Shown: positions 1 to 10,506, counted from the stretch's first letter. The stretch: DNA of 64,000 nt from Verrucomicrobiota bacterium (GCA_050010675.1 JBEKKN010000010.1:5648-69647); one strand, 5' to 3'. A program made the numbers and translations. Notes: generated from the letters alone by a model not told the origin.

Positions 1-373
1 GGGCCGGCGGCTGTTCACGTCCGTTTGCGCGGCCTGTCATCAGCCGACCGGTCGCGGTCTTCCCAATGTGTTTCCGCCTTTGGCGGGATCTGATTTTTTG
101 AATGCCGACAAAAACCGGGCCATCCAAACGGTGATTTTTGGCCGGCAGGGCGAAGTGGTGGTGAACGGGTTGAAATTTAACAACAGCATGCCTTCGTTCC
201 CGCTCACCGACCAGGATATCGCGAATGTGCTGACGTTCGTTTACAATTCATTTGGGAACTCCGGTTTGGAAGTGACGCCGGAAGAAGTAAAGGGCCTCCG
301 TTCACAACACCCAACACCCTCCGGATCACCAGCCGCCTCCGGACCACCCGCGGCCAAAAGCGACTTTGAATAG
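1..373 (+). CDS. Cytochrome c domain protein, 5'-partial (possibly the C-terminal cyt c domain of a larger enzyme such as NirK)
   Basis: Frame 2 is open from the window start: CAACH heme motif (nt 26-40), FPPLAGSDFL, distal Met in SMPSF, LTDQDIANVLTFV. Confidence 0.85.
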   Translation, partial: GRRLFTSVCAACHQPTGRGLPNVFPPLAGSDFLNADKNRAIQTVIFGRQGEVVVNGLKFNNSMPSFPLTDQDIANVLTFVYNSFGNSGLEVTPEEVKGLRSQHPTPSGSPAASGPPAAKSDFE

Positions 374-544
374 CCGGGACGATGGGCCATTCCGCCCGCC
401 CGGACGGGTCGCGAGCAAAGCAACGAACCCGATGTCCCCCCTCCAACAGCCACGGCACCAGTCGTCCGCCGATGCAGCCCGTCGCGCCGGTGACGAGGAT
501 AAGTTTGATTGTATCCAGGCTGGCTTGCGGACGCTGAAATTGGC

Positions 545-1018
545 TTATGGAAACAGTCCCTGCAACGTTTCCTGGCGGAAATGAAAGATTTTCTCCACAT
601 CGCGGCGCACAAACAGGGTGTTAATCAGCCAGCCGCCGATTACGGCATATTGCACGCGATCTCGCGTGAGCGTTCCGCCGTCCTGCTCCTCGAAGGTATG
701 CTCGTGAATCCATGCGCGATAAGGGCCGCGCCGTTGTTCGTCCACGAACCGGCCGGGCGGCTCCCACGCGGTGATCTCGCTTCGCCAGCGCAACGGCAGA
801 CCCCGCAGCCGCAGCCGGTAGTCAATCTGCAGGCCGACGCGCATTTCAATCGGGCGTGGCGTCAACACCTCAAATTTCAGCCACGGCGGGGTGAGCGTTT
901 CGAGATTGAACGCGTCGGCGAAAAAACGGAACACCTCGTCGCGCCGGTGCGGAAGCCACAACTCGGTTTCCAGTTGGAAGAGGCCTTCCGGCGTCCGGCT
1001 GAAGCAAGGTGGTTTCAC
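545..1018 (-). CDS. SRPBCC/START-like domain protein
   Basis: FFADAFNLETLTPPWL, W.SEITAWEPP.RFVDEQ.RGPY..W.HEH; ATGA overlap with the upstream desaturase. Confidence 0.85.
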   Translation of the reverse strand: MKPPCFSRTPEGLFQLETELWLPHRRDEVFRFFADAFNLETLTPPWLKFEVLTPRPIEMRVGLQIDYRLRLRGLPLRWRSEITAWEPPGRFVDEQRRGPYRAWIHEHTFEEQDGGTLTRDRVQYAVIGGWLINTLFVRRDVEKIFHFRQETLQGLFP

Positions 1019-2505
1019 GCGGCCTGGCCCAGATCCTCCAGCAACAGGCGTGCGCTGATGCGCGCCGATTCGAAAATGACCGGCAGGCCGCTGCCCGGAT
1101 GCGTGCCGCCACCCACCAGATACATCCCGTCAAATTCTTCGAATCGATTTTGCGGACGCAAATTCAGCATCTGCGAAAAGTTGTGCGCCAGGTTGAAGGT
1201 CGCGCCGCGATAAATGTCCAGCTTGCTCTCCCAATCGGCGGGCGTCACCACGCGCTCGAACCGGATGCGGCTCTCGAGGTCCGCCGGCAGGCCGATTTTC
1301 GTCAGTTGCCGCAGGGCCACGCCGCGAAAACGCGCGCGCTCCCGGCTCCAATCCACGTTGGGATGCTGATGCGTCACCGGCAGCAGGACATACAACGCGC
1401 TGTGGCCGGCCGGCGCCATGGTGGCATCGGTGCGGACGGGGTTCTCGACGTAGAACGACGGGTCTTCCGACAGCACATGCTGCCGCTCAATCTCGTCAAG
1501 GTTGCGGCGGTAATCCCTGGCGACGTAAATGTTATGGTGCGCGAGCTGGTCGAAACGTCCCTCCACGCCGAGATAAAGCATGAACGTCGAACAGGAATAG
1601 CTTTTCTTCGCGAGTTTCGCATCACTCCAGCGCCGCCGCCGGCGGTCGGGCACGAGTTTCGAAATCGCGTTGGCGAAATCGGCGTTCAACACCACGGCGT
1701 CGGCGCGTTGTTCGCCCTGCGCGGTGCGCACGCCCGTGACGCGCCGGCCGGTAAACAGGATTTCCTCCACCGCCGTGTTGAGCTCGATTTTCACGCCGAG
1801 CTCCTGCGCCACGCGCGCCAGGTTGCGCGTGATGGAATTGCAGCCGCCCGTCGGATGCCAGATGCCGTGCTCGTATTCGAGAAACGACAGGATGGAAAAC
1901 AGGCTCGGACATTGGAACGGCGACATGCCGAGATATTTCGATTGAAAGGTGAAGGCGAGTTGCAGGCGCGGGTCCCTGAAAAAGCCCGCCAGTTCCGCGT
2001 GCAGCGATTTCCACGGCTTCAGAAACGGCAGCACCGCAAGCAGGCGTGCGCTAAGCAGGCTCGTCCACCCGGGAAACGGCACCTGCAGGCACGGCGCGAA
2101 CTTTTCCAGCTTCACACGATTGTACGCCATGAATTTCCGGAACTGCGGCCCGTCCGCCGGCGAGAGTCTGGCTATCTCCGTCACCATCCGCTCGAGGTCG
2201 GAGGTCGCGTTCAACTCGCCCCCGGCCCCGAAAGTCAGACGGTATTGCGGGTCGAGCCGGGTCATCCGTACTTCCTTGAACAGGTCGCGTCCGACTTCTT
2301 GAAAAATTTCCTGTAGAATCTGCGGATAAAGAAAAAATGTGGGGCCGAGGTCAAAGCGGTAGCCGTCGCTTTCGATGACCGAAGTGCGGCCGCCCACGCG
2401 CGGTTGTTTTTCCAGAATCGTGACGTCCGCGCCGGCTTTCGCCAGCAGCAGGGCCGTGGCCAGTCCGCCCGGTCCGGCTCCAATGATGATGACACGGCGA
2501 GACAT
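1015..2505 (-). CDS. crtN: Phytoene desaturase family protein (CrtI/CrtN-like)
   Basis: GAGPGGL FAD motif, FDLGPT, C-terminal YLVGGGTHPGSGLP; sits in a C30 carotenoid cluster. Confidence 0.8.
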   Translation of the reverse strand: MSRRVIIIGAGPGGLATALLLAKAGADVTILEKQPRVGGRTSVIESDGYRFDLGPTFFLYPQILQEIFQEVGRDLFKEVRMTRLDPQYRLTFGAGGELNATSDLERMVTEIARLSPADGPQFRKFMAYNRVKLEKFAPCLQVPFPGWTSLLSARLLAVLPFLKPWKSLHAELAGFFRDPRLQLAFTFQSKYLGMSPFQCPSLFSILSFLEYEHGIWHPTGGCNSITRNLARVAQELGVKIELNTAVEEILFTGRRVTGVRTAQGEQRADAVVLNADFANAISKLVPDRRRRRWSDAKLAKKSYSCSTFMLYLGVEGRFDQLAHHNIYVARDYRRNLDEIERQHVLSEDPSFYVENPVRTDATMAPAGHSALYVLLPVTHQHPNVDWSRERARFRGVALRQLTKIGLPADLESRIRFERVVTPADWESKLDIYRGATFNLAHNFSQMLNLRPQNRFEEFDGMYLVGGGTHPGSGLPVIFESARISARLLLEDLGQAA

Positions 2506-2542
2506 ACCTATTAGTTAACCAAAACCAACCGGCAGAGCAAGT

Positions 2543-3925
2543 TTAGTCGCCCAGCAGAAAGCGCGTCGCCCGTTTCAAGCCCCCCAAAGAAAGCTTGGGT
2601 GGCGGATAACGGAATGGCGTATCCAGCCAGGTTGCCCGGCGCAACACTGCGCGCTGATGCGAGAACGCGTCAAAGCCCGCCCGCCCATGATACGTGCCCA
2701 TCCCGCTTTCACCCAATCCGCCGAACGGCAGCCCCGTGCCGATCATGTGCGAGACCACATCGTTCACGCACACGCCGCCGGACCGCGTCTCCGCCAGCAC
2801 CCGCGCCTCCGTGGCGCGGTTGCCGGTAAAGACATACAGCGCCAGCGGCGTTGGCGGTTCGCGCAGCCGGGCGAGCGCGGTGTCGAGGCTGGTGAATTCG
2901 AGCACGGGCAGAATCGGCCCGAAAATTTCCTCCTGCATCACCGGCGCGTTCGGCGGCACATCGGTCAAAATCGTCGGCGCCAGAAATAGATCCTTTGTAT
3001 CCTGCTGACCGCCGTGAACCACCTTTCCGTCGCGCAGATGCCCCGTCAACCGCTCAAACTGTCGCGCGTTCACGATGCGCCCGTAGTCGGTGCTGCGGCT
3101 GGGATCGGCGCCGTAAAAATTCAGGAGCGCCTTTCGCAGCGCCGCCACGAACTCATCGCGAGCGCCGCGTTCCACCAGCACATGGTCCGGGGCCACGCAC
3201 GTCTGCCCGGCGTTCATGAATTTTCCCCACGCAATCCGGCGCGCCGCCAGTTCCAGGGGCGCGTCCGCACAGACAATGGCGGGGCATTTGCCGCCGAGTT
3301 CCAGCGTCACCGGCGTGAGGTGCTTTGCCGCCGCCGCCATCACCACGCGTCCCACGCGGGAGCTGCCGGTGAAAAAAATCTTGTCGAACCGCTCGCGCAA
3401 TAAAGCCTCGGCCACGTCCGCGCCGCCGGTGACGACGGAAATGAATTCTTCCGCGAAGTTCTCCCGGACGAGCGTGGCGATGGTTCCCGCCGTGCGCGGC
3501 GCGAATTCGGAGGGTTTGAGCAGCGCGCAGTTGCCCGCGGCGATGGCGCTCACCAGTGGCGTGACCAGCAGTTGCACGGGGTAGTTCCACGGGCCGAGAA
3601 TGAGCGCGACGCCGAAAGGTTCCGGCTGCACCCAGCCGCGCGCGGGGGCGACGAACCACGGCGTCCGGCGGCGACGGGGAGACATCCACGCGCGCACGTG
3701 GCGCAGGGCATGACGGATTTCCGCCTGCACCAGCCCGAATTCGGACGCGCAGGCCTGCTCCGGCGATTTGCGGAGATCGGCGTGGAGCGCGGCCAGCAGG
3801 GCGGATTCGTTCCGCGCCAGCGCGGCGCGCAGGGTTTCCAGTTGCGCGCGCCGGAACGCCAGCCGGCGCGGCACGCCGGATTGGAAAAACGCACGTTGAC
3901 GTTGGACGGTGGCGGCAAAATCCAT
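2543..3925 (-). CDS. Aldehyde dehydrogenase (AldH/CrtNc-like)
   Basis: PWNYP, FTGS, LELGGKCP, NAGQTCVAPD, EEIFGPILP; start placed at MDFAATV. Confidence 0.9.
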   Translation of the reverse strand: MDFAATVQRQRAFFQSGVPRRLAFRRAQLETLRAALARNESALLAALHADLRKSPEQACASEFGLVQAEIRHALRHVRAWMSPRRRRTPWFVAPARGWVQPEPFGVALILGPWNYPVQLLVTPLVSAIAAGNCALLKPSEFAPRTAGTIATLVRENFAEEFISVVTGGADVAEALLRERFDKIFFTGSSRVGRVVMAAAAKHLTPVTLELGGKCPAIVCADAPLELAARRIAWGKFMNAGQTCVAPDHVLVERGARDEFVAALRKALLNFYGADPSRSTDYGRIVNARQFERLTGHLRDGKVVHGGQQDTKDLFLAPTILTDVPPNAPVMQEEIFGPILPVLEFTSLDTALARLREPPTPLALYVFTGNRATEARVLAETRSGGVCVNDVVSHMIGTGLPFGGLGESGMGTYHGRAGFDAFSHQRAVLRRATWLDTPFRYPPPKLSLGGLKRATRFLLGD

Positions 3926-3972
3926 ATTCAGCTTGGTCAAAGTTCTTGTGCCACGTATAAGTTCGTCAAGCA

Positions 3973-4737
3973 ATGATTCGTTTGCTTTCAAGCCTGCTCC
4001 TGTTCGCCGCGTTGCCGGCATGGGCGGATGCGGTTTCCGATCAACTCACCGCGGCGGGTATCGTGGAGTTTACGGCCGCCTATCAGGCGTGGGATGGCGC
4101 GCGCTTTGGCGCGGCGGCGGAGTTGTTCCGGCAGGCCAGCACCAACGCCACGGCCAACGTGACCAATTTTTACTGGCTGGGCGCGGCGGAGTTTCATCGC
4201 TGCCTGGAGTTGCGCCCGGACCCCGCCAACGCGCCGGCGGCCGATGCCGCCATGGCAGCGGCGGTGGCTGCGCTGACGACCGCGGTGAAGCTGGACGAGT
4301 CCCACGCGGAAAGTCACGCGTTACTCGCGACGCTTTACGGTCTGAAGATCAACGGCAGCCTGCTGCGCGCCGCCTGGTACGGCCCGCGCGTGGAGCAACA
4401 TCGAAATCTGGCGATGAAGTTTGGTGCGACCGATCCGCGCGTGCAATATCTGTTGGGCATGTGCCAGTTTCACACGGCCGCGAAGCCGGCGGACTGGCGC
4501 GCGGCGTTGACGACGCTGCTCGGGGCCGAAAAACTTTTTCAAGCCGAGGACAAGGTTCCCGCCGCGCCGCTGGAACCGCGTTGGGGTCATGACAGTTGCC
4601 TGACGTTCACCGGTCTTGCGTGCGAAAGGCTCGGCCAACCGGCGGCCGCGGCGGATTATTTTCGCCGGGCGCTCGCGATGCATCCCCAGGACAGCCTGGC
4701 GCAGGCCGGCCTAAAACGGATCACGGGAAAGAAGTGA
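3973..4737 (+). CDS. Secreted TPR-like protein
   Basis: Signal peptide (..ALPAWA), Ala/Leu-rich helical repeats such as AAADYFRRALAMHP. Confidence 0.7.
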   Translation: MIRLLSSLLLFAALPAWADAVSDQLTAAGIVEFTAAYQAWDGARFGAAAELFRQASTNATANVTNFYWLGAAEFHRCLELRPDPANAPAADAAMAAAVAALTTAVKLDESHAESHALLATLYGLKINGSLLRAAWYGPRVEQHRNLAMKFGATDPRVQYLLGMCQFHTAAKPADWRAALTTLLGAEKLFQAEDKVPAAPLEPRWGHDSCLTFTGLACERLGQPAAAADYFRRALAMHPQDSLAQAGLKRITGKK

Positions 4738-4744
4738 GCACAGC

Positions 4745-6223
4745 ATGAGTAACAAGAAAGTCATCGTCATCGGCGCGGGGTTGGGCGGATTGTCCGCCGC
4801 CATCTCGCTGAAGCAGGCGGGCTACGACGTCGAAATCTTCGAGAAGAATGCGCAGATTGGCGGCAAATTGAATGTGCTTAAGGAGCACGGCTATACGTTT
4901 GACCTCGGCCCGTCCATCCTGACGCTGCCGCACATCTTCGCGCGGTTGTTTGAGCGCAGCGGCAGGAAAATGTCGGATTACTTTTCCATCCGCGCGTTGC
5001 GTCCGCACTGGCGGAATTTTTTCGAGGATGGCGTGGTGCTCGATTTGTATCCCGAGCCCGACCGGATGGCCGCCGAGGCGCGCAAGGTCGGCGAACCGCC
5101 CGAAAACATCGAACGGTTTCTCAAATACTCCGCCGGGCTTTACGACCTAACGAACGAAGGCTATTTCGAGCAGGGCCTGGACAACTGGCGCGATTTCGCC
5201 CGGCATTACGGGCTTTGGAAGTTTTTCCAGTTCGATTTGTTCCGCAACCTGCATCAGGGGGTGGCGTCGCATCTCCAGACGCGTTACTTCCGCGACATTT
5301 TTGATTTTTTCATCAAATACGTCGGTTCATCGGCTTATCGCGCGCCGGCGTTCATGAATGCCATGCCCACCATCCAGTTCCGCTACGATCTCTGGTACGT
5401 GGACGGCGGGCTTTATAAAATTGCCGTCGGCTTGCGCCGCCTGATGGACGAACTTGGCATCCCGATTCATCTCAACTCCGAAGTCACTGATGTCCGTCGT
5501 GAAGGTTCACGCGTCACCGGCCTCGTGGCGAGTGGAACTTTTCATCCGGCGGACATCATCGTGTCGAACATGGAAGTCATTCCTGCCTACGAAAAATTGC
5601 TGCGCGAGGACAAAGCGTTCATCGCGTCACTGGAAAGGAAGCTCGAACCCGCCTGTTCCGGTCTCGTGCTGGATCTTGGCCTCGATTGCCAATACCCGCA
5701 ACTGGCCCACCACAACTTCTTTTACTCCGGCCATCAGCGTGAACATTTCCGCACCGTATTTCAGAAGCATGAATTGCCCGGTGACCCGACGATATATCTC
5801 GTCGCCGCGTCCAAGAGCGATCCGACCGTCGCGCCGGCGGGCTGCGATTGCCTGAAAATTTTGCCGCACATTCCCTATATTGACGATGAGCACCCGTTGA
5901 CCCGTGAGGATTACCTGAAGTTCAAGGAGCGCATCATTGACAAGCTGGAGCGCATGGGTTTGAAGGATTTGCGAAGGCACGTCGTCTTTGAACACGTCTG
6001 GACGCCGCTCGACATCCGCCAGCAATATTACTCCAACAAAGGCTCGATCTATGGCGTCGTGAGTGACCGCTGGAAAAATCTCGCCTTCAAGGCGCCCAAG
6101 CAAAGCACGTTGTATCCGAACCTTTTTTTTGTCGGCGGCTCGGTCAATCCGGGAGGCGGTATGCCCATGGTCGTGCTATGCGGCCAGAACGTCGCCCGGA
6201 AAATCGTTTCCTGGGACCAATGA
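4745..6223 (+). CDS. crtP: Phytoene desaturase family protein, CrtP/CrtNb (diapolycopene oxygenase)-like
   Basis: GAGLGGLSAA, FDLGPSILT, FVGGSVNPGGGMPMV; followed by crtQ and crtO. Confidence 0.75.
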   Translation: MSNKKVIVIGAGLGGLSAAISLKQAGYDVEIFEKNAQIGGKLNVLKEHGYTFDLGPSILTLPHIFARLFERSGRKMSDYFSIRALRPHWRNFFEDGVVLDLYPEPDRMAAEARKVGEPPENIERFLKYSAGLYDLTNEGYFEQGLDNWRDFARHYGLWKFFQFDLFRNLHQGVASHLQTRYFRDIFDFFIKYVGSSAYRAPAFMNAMPTIQFRYDLWYVDGGLYKIAVGLRRLMDELGIPIHLNSEVTDVRREGSRVTGLVASGTFHPADIIVSNMEVIPAYEKLLREDKAFIASLERKLEPACSGLVLDLGLDCQYPQLAHHNFFYSGHQREHFRTVFQKHELPGDPTIYLVAASKSDPTVAPAGCDCLKILPHIPYIDDEHPLTREDYLKFKERIIDKLERMGLKDLRRHVVFEHVWTPLDIRQQYYSNKGSIYGVVSDRWKNLAFKAPKQSTLYPNLFFVGGSVNPGGGMPMVVLCGQNVARKIVSWDQ

Positions 6224-7311
6224 TTATCCTCCCCGGCGTCACGCTCGCGCTCTGGTTCGCCGGCTGGATTGTGCTGGGCCGCGTCCGGGGTTGCGGTCGC
6301 GGTGAACCCAATCAGCCCGTCTCCGGCGAAGCGCTTTCCATCATCATCCCCGCGCGCAACGAAGAACAAAATCTGCCCACGTTGCTGCGTTCCATCGCCG
6401 CCCAATCCTTGCGCCCGCGCGAAATCATCGTGGTGGACGACGCTTCCACCGACCGCACCGCCGGGGTGGCGCGCGAACTTGGCGCGACGGTCATCGCGTC
6501 GCAACCGCTGCCCGACGGCTGGCGCGGCAAGACGTGGGCCTGTCATCAGGGCGCGCAGGTTGCGACCGGCAGCCGGCTGCTGTTCCTGGACGCCGACACC
6601 TGGTTTGAGCCGGACGGTTTGCGCCGTGTGCTGGCGGAATTTGAAGCGGCTGGTGCCGGTGTCCTGTCCGTCGCACCGCATCATTGCGTCCGGAATTTTC
6701 ACGAACAGTTCTCCGCTTTCTTCAATCTCGTCATGCTCGCCGGCACGGGTGCGTTTACCATTCTGGGCGACCGCCTCGCGCCGCGCGGTCTGCTGGGCCA
6801 GTTCATGCTCATTGAACGCACCGCCTATCAGCGCGTCGGCGGCCACGAAGTCGTGAAGGGCCGCATCCTCGAAAACTTCTGGCTGGCGGAACAATTGCGC
6901 GCGGCGGGTGTGCCGTTGCGCTGCCGCAGCGGCTGCGGCGTGTTCGCCTTCCGTATGTATCCGCACGGCCTGCGGGAGCTGGTGGAAGGCTGGACCAAGG
7001 GTTTTGCCTCCGGTGCCGGTCAAACTCCGGTGCCGCTCCTGCTGCTCGTCATCGCATGGCTGACCGGCCTCATGCTCGCGCCGCTGGGCCTCGTGCTCGC
7101 GGGTGACCCGTGGCTCCGGCTGGCGGTTTATGGCCTGTGCGTGGCGCAGGTCGCGTGGTGGTTGCGGCGCGTGGGAACCTTTCATTGGAGCGTGGCGCTG
7201 TTTTATCCCGCCCCGTTGATTTTCTATTTCGCCGTGTTCGCCCGCTCGGCCTGGCGGGCGGGACGCAAACAGGAAGTGGCCTGGAAAGGGAGGCAAATTC
7301 GGGGTGATTGA
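6220..7311 (+). CDS. crtQ: GT2 glycosyltransferase, 4,4'-diaponeurosporenoate glycosyltransferase-like
   Basis: SIIIPARNEE, VVDDASTD, GWRGKTWAC, FLDAD, FRMY..G..EL.EGWTK, WKGR end; ATGA-coupled to crtP. Confidence 0.8.
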   Translation: MIILPGVTLALWFAGWIVLGRVRGCGRGEPNQPVSGEALSIIIPARNEEQNLPTLLRSIAAQSLRPREIIVVDDASTDRTAGVARELGATVIASQPLPDGWRGKTWACHQGAQVATGSRLLFLDADTWFEPDGLRRVLAEFEAAGAGVLSVAPHHCVRNFHEQFSAFFNLVMLAGTGAFTILGDRLAPRGLLGQFMLIERTAYQRVGGHEVVKGRILENFWLAEQLRAAGVPLRCRSGCGVFAFRMYPHGLRELVEGWTKGFASGAGQTPVPLLLLVIAWLTGLMLAPLGLVLAGDPWLRLAVYGLCVAQVAWWLRRVGTFHWSVALFYPAPLIFYFAVFARSAWRAGRKQEVAWKGRQIRGD

Positions 7312-7768
7312 ACTCTCCATCGCGTGGATTATTGTGCTGAACGTGGCCGGCTGGCTCGTCATCCAGATCGGCCTCGCCTGGCTGTTTACCCAAATGCCGG
7401 TGACGTGGTTCAGTCCGGGCGGCGCGCGCGCCTGGGAACGGGGCGGACGTTTTTACGAAAACGTCTTCAGCATCAAGCGCTGGAAAAACCGGTTGCCGGA
7501 TGCCGCGCGCTGGTTGGAGGGCGGCTTTGCCAAAGGTGCGCTGGCGGGAACCGATGCGGATTACCTGCGCCGGTTCATCCGCGAGACGTGGCGCGGCGAA
7601 TTGTGTCATTGGCTGGCCATCGGCTGCGTCCCGCTGTTCTTCCTGTGGAACCCATGGTGGGGCGACCTGGTTATTGCCGGCTACGCCGTGGCGGCGAACC
7701 TGCCCTGTATCCTGGCCCAGCGCTACAATCGCCTGCGGCTCCGGCGGCTGCTCGCCCGCCGATCCTAA
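7304..7768 (+). CDS. crtO: Glycosyl-4,4'-diaponeurosporenoate acyltransferase
   Basis: WE.GG.FYE...IK.WK..LPD, ET.RGELCHW, NLPCI.AQRYNR.RL. Confidence 0.85.
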   Translation: MIELSIAWIIVLNVAGWLVIQIGLAWLFTQMPVTWFSPGGARAWERGGRFYENVFSIKRWKNRLPDAARWLEGGFAKGALAGTDADYLRRFIRETWRGELCHWLAIGCVPLFFLWNPWWGDLVIAGYAVAANLPCILAQRYNRLRLRRLLARRS

Positions 7769-7842
7769 AGCGCGGGTGGCATTTTCCAGTCGGCGAGACG
7801 GACGAATTGGGCCGGGGCTGCGGTTGACCGGCAGCAGTCGGG

Positions 7843-8340
7843 TCAGTCCGGCTTTTCCGCCAGTAAAGAATCCAAATCCAACGGGTGCGTGAACATGGCC
7901 ACGCCCCCCTCGGGCGAACGCGGCCATTGTTTCCGCGGGCGATCCCAATAAAGTTCCACGCCATTGTTGTCCGGGTCGCGCAAATATATTGCCTCGCTCA
8001 CGCCGTGGTCGGACGCACCTTCCAGTTCGATGCCCGCCGCGAGCACGCGCCGCAAGGCGTCCGCCAGCAGGGCGCGCGTCGGGTAAAGAATGGCCAGATG
8101 ATACAGGCCGGTCGCGCTGGGCGGCGGCGGGGAACCGCCCGCACTTTCCCACGTGTTCAGGCCGATGTGATGATGATAACCGCCCGCCGAAATGAAGGCT
8201 GCCTGTGAACCGAACCGCTGCGTCAATTCGAAGCCCAGCACACCGCAATAAAATTTCAGCGCGCGATCGAGGTCGGCCACTTTCAAGTGCACGTGGCCGA
8301 TCCCGACCCGGTCATCGATCGGAACGGTTTGCTTGGTCAT
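7843..8340 (-). CDS. VOC family (glyoxalase/catechol dioxygenase-like) protein
   Basis: GHVHLKVADL, AGGYHHHIGLNTW, DHGVSEAIYL.DPD.NGVELY. Confidence 0.9.
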   Translation of the reverse strand: MTKQTVPIDDRVGIGHVHLKVADLDRALKFYCGVLGFELTQRFGSQAAFISAGGYHHHIGLNTWESAGGSPPPPSATGLYHLAILYPTRALLADALRRVLAAGIELEGASDHGVSEAIYLRDPDNNGVELYWDRPRKQWPRSPEGGVAMFTHPLDLDSLLAEKPD

Positions 8341-8383
8341 TTTTCAAGTTTCATCCAGCAACCGCGTTTTGGGAAGCGGCGTC

Positions 8384-9433
8384 TTAGTTTGATTTCACGC
8401 CTGATTCTTCCGGAACGACTTCCAGCTGCAGTTTTTCCGAGCCCCGCAACATCTCAATGGGCGAACGCACACCGACCTGTTCTCCCGTCAGCAATTTGTG
8501 CAGGTCGTCAACCCCGGCCACCGGCTGTCCGCCGTAGGCGACAATCAGGTCGCCCTCGCGCAAACCGGCCCGGCCCGCCGGGCTGCCCGGTTCGACGTGA
8601 ATCACCAGCAGGCCGGTTTCCACCGGCAAATGATGATGCCGCACCAGCCGCCGGTGAATCTTCGCGGTCTGCCCGCCCAGACCCAGGTAACTGCGCCGGA
8701 TGACACCGTCCTTGATGAGCCAGCCGGCAATGTATTTGGCCGTGTTGATGGCGATGGCAAAGCACAACCCCTGCGCCGGCAAAATCACCGCCGTGTTCAC
8801 TCCAATGACTTCGCCGCGGGAATTGACCAGCGGCCCGCCGGAATTGCCCGGATTCAACGCCGCGTCGGTCTGGACGATGTTGTCCATGAGCCGGCCCGAA
8901 CTGGAACGGAACGACCGGCCCAGTGCGCTCACCACGCCCGCCGTCACCGTGTACTGGAACCCATACGGATTGCCGATGGCGATGGCCAGCTGGCCCACGC
9001 GTAACTGGTTCGAATCGCCCAGCCGCACCGGCTTGAGATTTGGCGCATAAATGCGGATGACCGCCAGGTCCGTGTCCGGGTCCGAGCCGATGACCTGGGC
9101 GTCCGGCCGCCGGCCATCAGCCAGCGTCACTTCAATCCGGTCCGCGCCGTGGACGACGTGGCTGTTGGTGAGGGCGAACCCGTCCGGCGTGATGATGAAT
9201 CCCGACCCGCTGCCCGCGGATTCCCGGCCATTCCGTCGGCCGCCGGTTTTGTACACGTCGATTTTCACGACCGACGGGCTGACCTCGTCGGCCGCATTGA
9301 CCACGGCGTCCGAATACGCGTCCAGCAACGGTCCATCTGACACGGGCGCCGGCCGCGTCGTGGCCTGGCGGTTCAACCCTTCGTGTTCATCCGTCACCGG
9401 GAACACGCCTGAGTTTTTTTCGGTAATGTTCAT
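8384..9433 (-). CDS. HtrA-like trypsin serine protease with PDZ domain
   Basis: GSGSGF, TNSHVV, DLAV, QTDAALNPGNSGGPL, C-terminal PDZ (GSPA.RAGL..GD). Confidence 0.92.
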   Translation of the reverse strand: MNITEKNSGVFPVTDEHEGLNRQATTRPAPVSDGPLLDAYSDAVVNAADEVSPSVVKIDVYKTGGRRNGRESAGSGSGFIITPDGFALTNSHVVHGADRIEVTLADGRRPDAQVIGSDPDTDLAVIRIYAPNLKPVRLGDSNQLRVGQLAIAIGNPYGFQYTVTAGVVSALGRSFRSSSGRLMDNIVQTDAALNPGNSGGPLVNSRGEVIGVNTAVILPAQGLCFAIAINTAKYIAGWLIKDGVIRRSYLGLGGQTAKIHRRLVRHHHLPVETGLLVIHVEPGSPAGRAGLREGDLIVAYGGQPVAGVDDLHKLLTGEQVGVRSPIEMLRGSEKLQLEVVPEESGVKSN

Positions 9434-9565
9434 GTTACATCCCCGCCCTTTCCGGCGGCATGGTAACCAGTAAACCCGTTTCCGAATCTGTCAAATGGAC
9501 CAGTTGATGACCGGGCGAGGCGGATTGTCAGCCAGCGGATTTGGCGTTACATTGTGGCGTATTTT

Positions 9566-10297
9566 ATGCCGTTCCAATTGCTCAACCTTGAAGGGGTCGC
9601 CAATTATTTGCACCTCACGCCCGCGGACGTTGAACAACGGGTGAAGAACCGCGAGATCCCTTTTGAAAAGCGCGGTGACCGGGTGGTGTTTCGGAAAAAC
9701 GAAATTGACGCCTGGGCTTCGCAACGCATCCTCGGTTTGCCCGGCGAGCGGCTGGCGGATTATCATCAGAAATCCACCCGCCACGCGCGGAAAATCCTGA
9801 CGCAGGAAGCTCTCCTGCCGGAAATGCTCCGATCGGGAGCCGTGGCGTCGGCCATGACCTCCAAGACCCGGTCGTCCGTGCTGCACGATCTGGTGGCGCT
9901 GGCGGAAAAGACGGGGAACCTCTCCGATCCGAAAATCCTGCTGGCCAGCCTGGAGGCGCGCGAGGAATTATGTTCCACGGCCGTGCCGGGCGGATTTGCG
10001 CTGCCGCACCCGCGGTTCCATGAACCTTACCTGTTTGAGCAGTCGTTCATCGTCGTGGGCCGGCCGGTCCAGGAAATCCATTTTGGCGCGCCCGATGGCC
10101 AGCCGACCCATCTGTTCTTCCTGCTTTGCTGCCAGGACGACCGGTTGCATTTGCACACGCTGGCCCGGCTGTGCCTCGTCGCGCAGAAAACCAAGGTGCT
10201 GGATCAGCTCCGCGACGCCCCTGAGGCCCAAACCATGCGCGACGTCCTCATGGCAGCGGAACAGGAAATTCTGGCCGATCGAAAAGCCGTTTCGTAG
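9566..10297 (+). CDS. HTH (excisionase-like) + PTS EIIA (Ntr/Fru-type) protein
   Basis: N-terminal VANYLHL..EIPF; RE...STAV.GG.ALPHPR, FGAPDGQP. Confidence 0.85.
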   Translation: MPFQLLNLEGVANYLHLTPADVEQRVKNREIPFEKRGDRVVFRKNEIDAWASQRILGLPGERLADYHQKSTRHARKILTQEALLPEMLRSGAVASAMTSKTRSSVLHDLVALAEKTGNLSDPKILLASLEAREELCSTAVPGGFALPHPRFHEPYLFEQSFIVVGRPVQEIHFGAPDGQPTHLFFLLCCQDDRLHLHTLARLCLVAQKTKVLDQLRDAPEAQTMRDVLMAAEQEILADRKAVS

Positions 10298-10506
10298 GAC
10301 CGTGCCGCGGGCACGCCCGTTGGAAATCTTAATTTCTGAAAACAGTGCTTCCCATCCACCGGCAACCCGTTTAGAATCTGCCCGCGTCGGTTTCCGACGG
10401 ATTCCCGCCGGGTGCTGCAAGGAGCACCTATTCGTGATTCTTGTTTTCTGTCGTGAGTTCCGGTCATTTGTGGAGCGGAACTTGCTTGAATGGTGGTTCA
10501 GCTATT

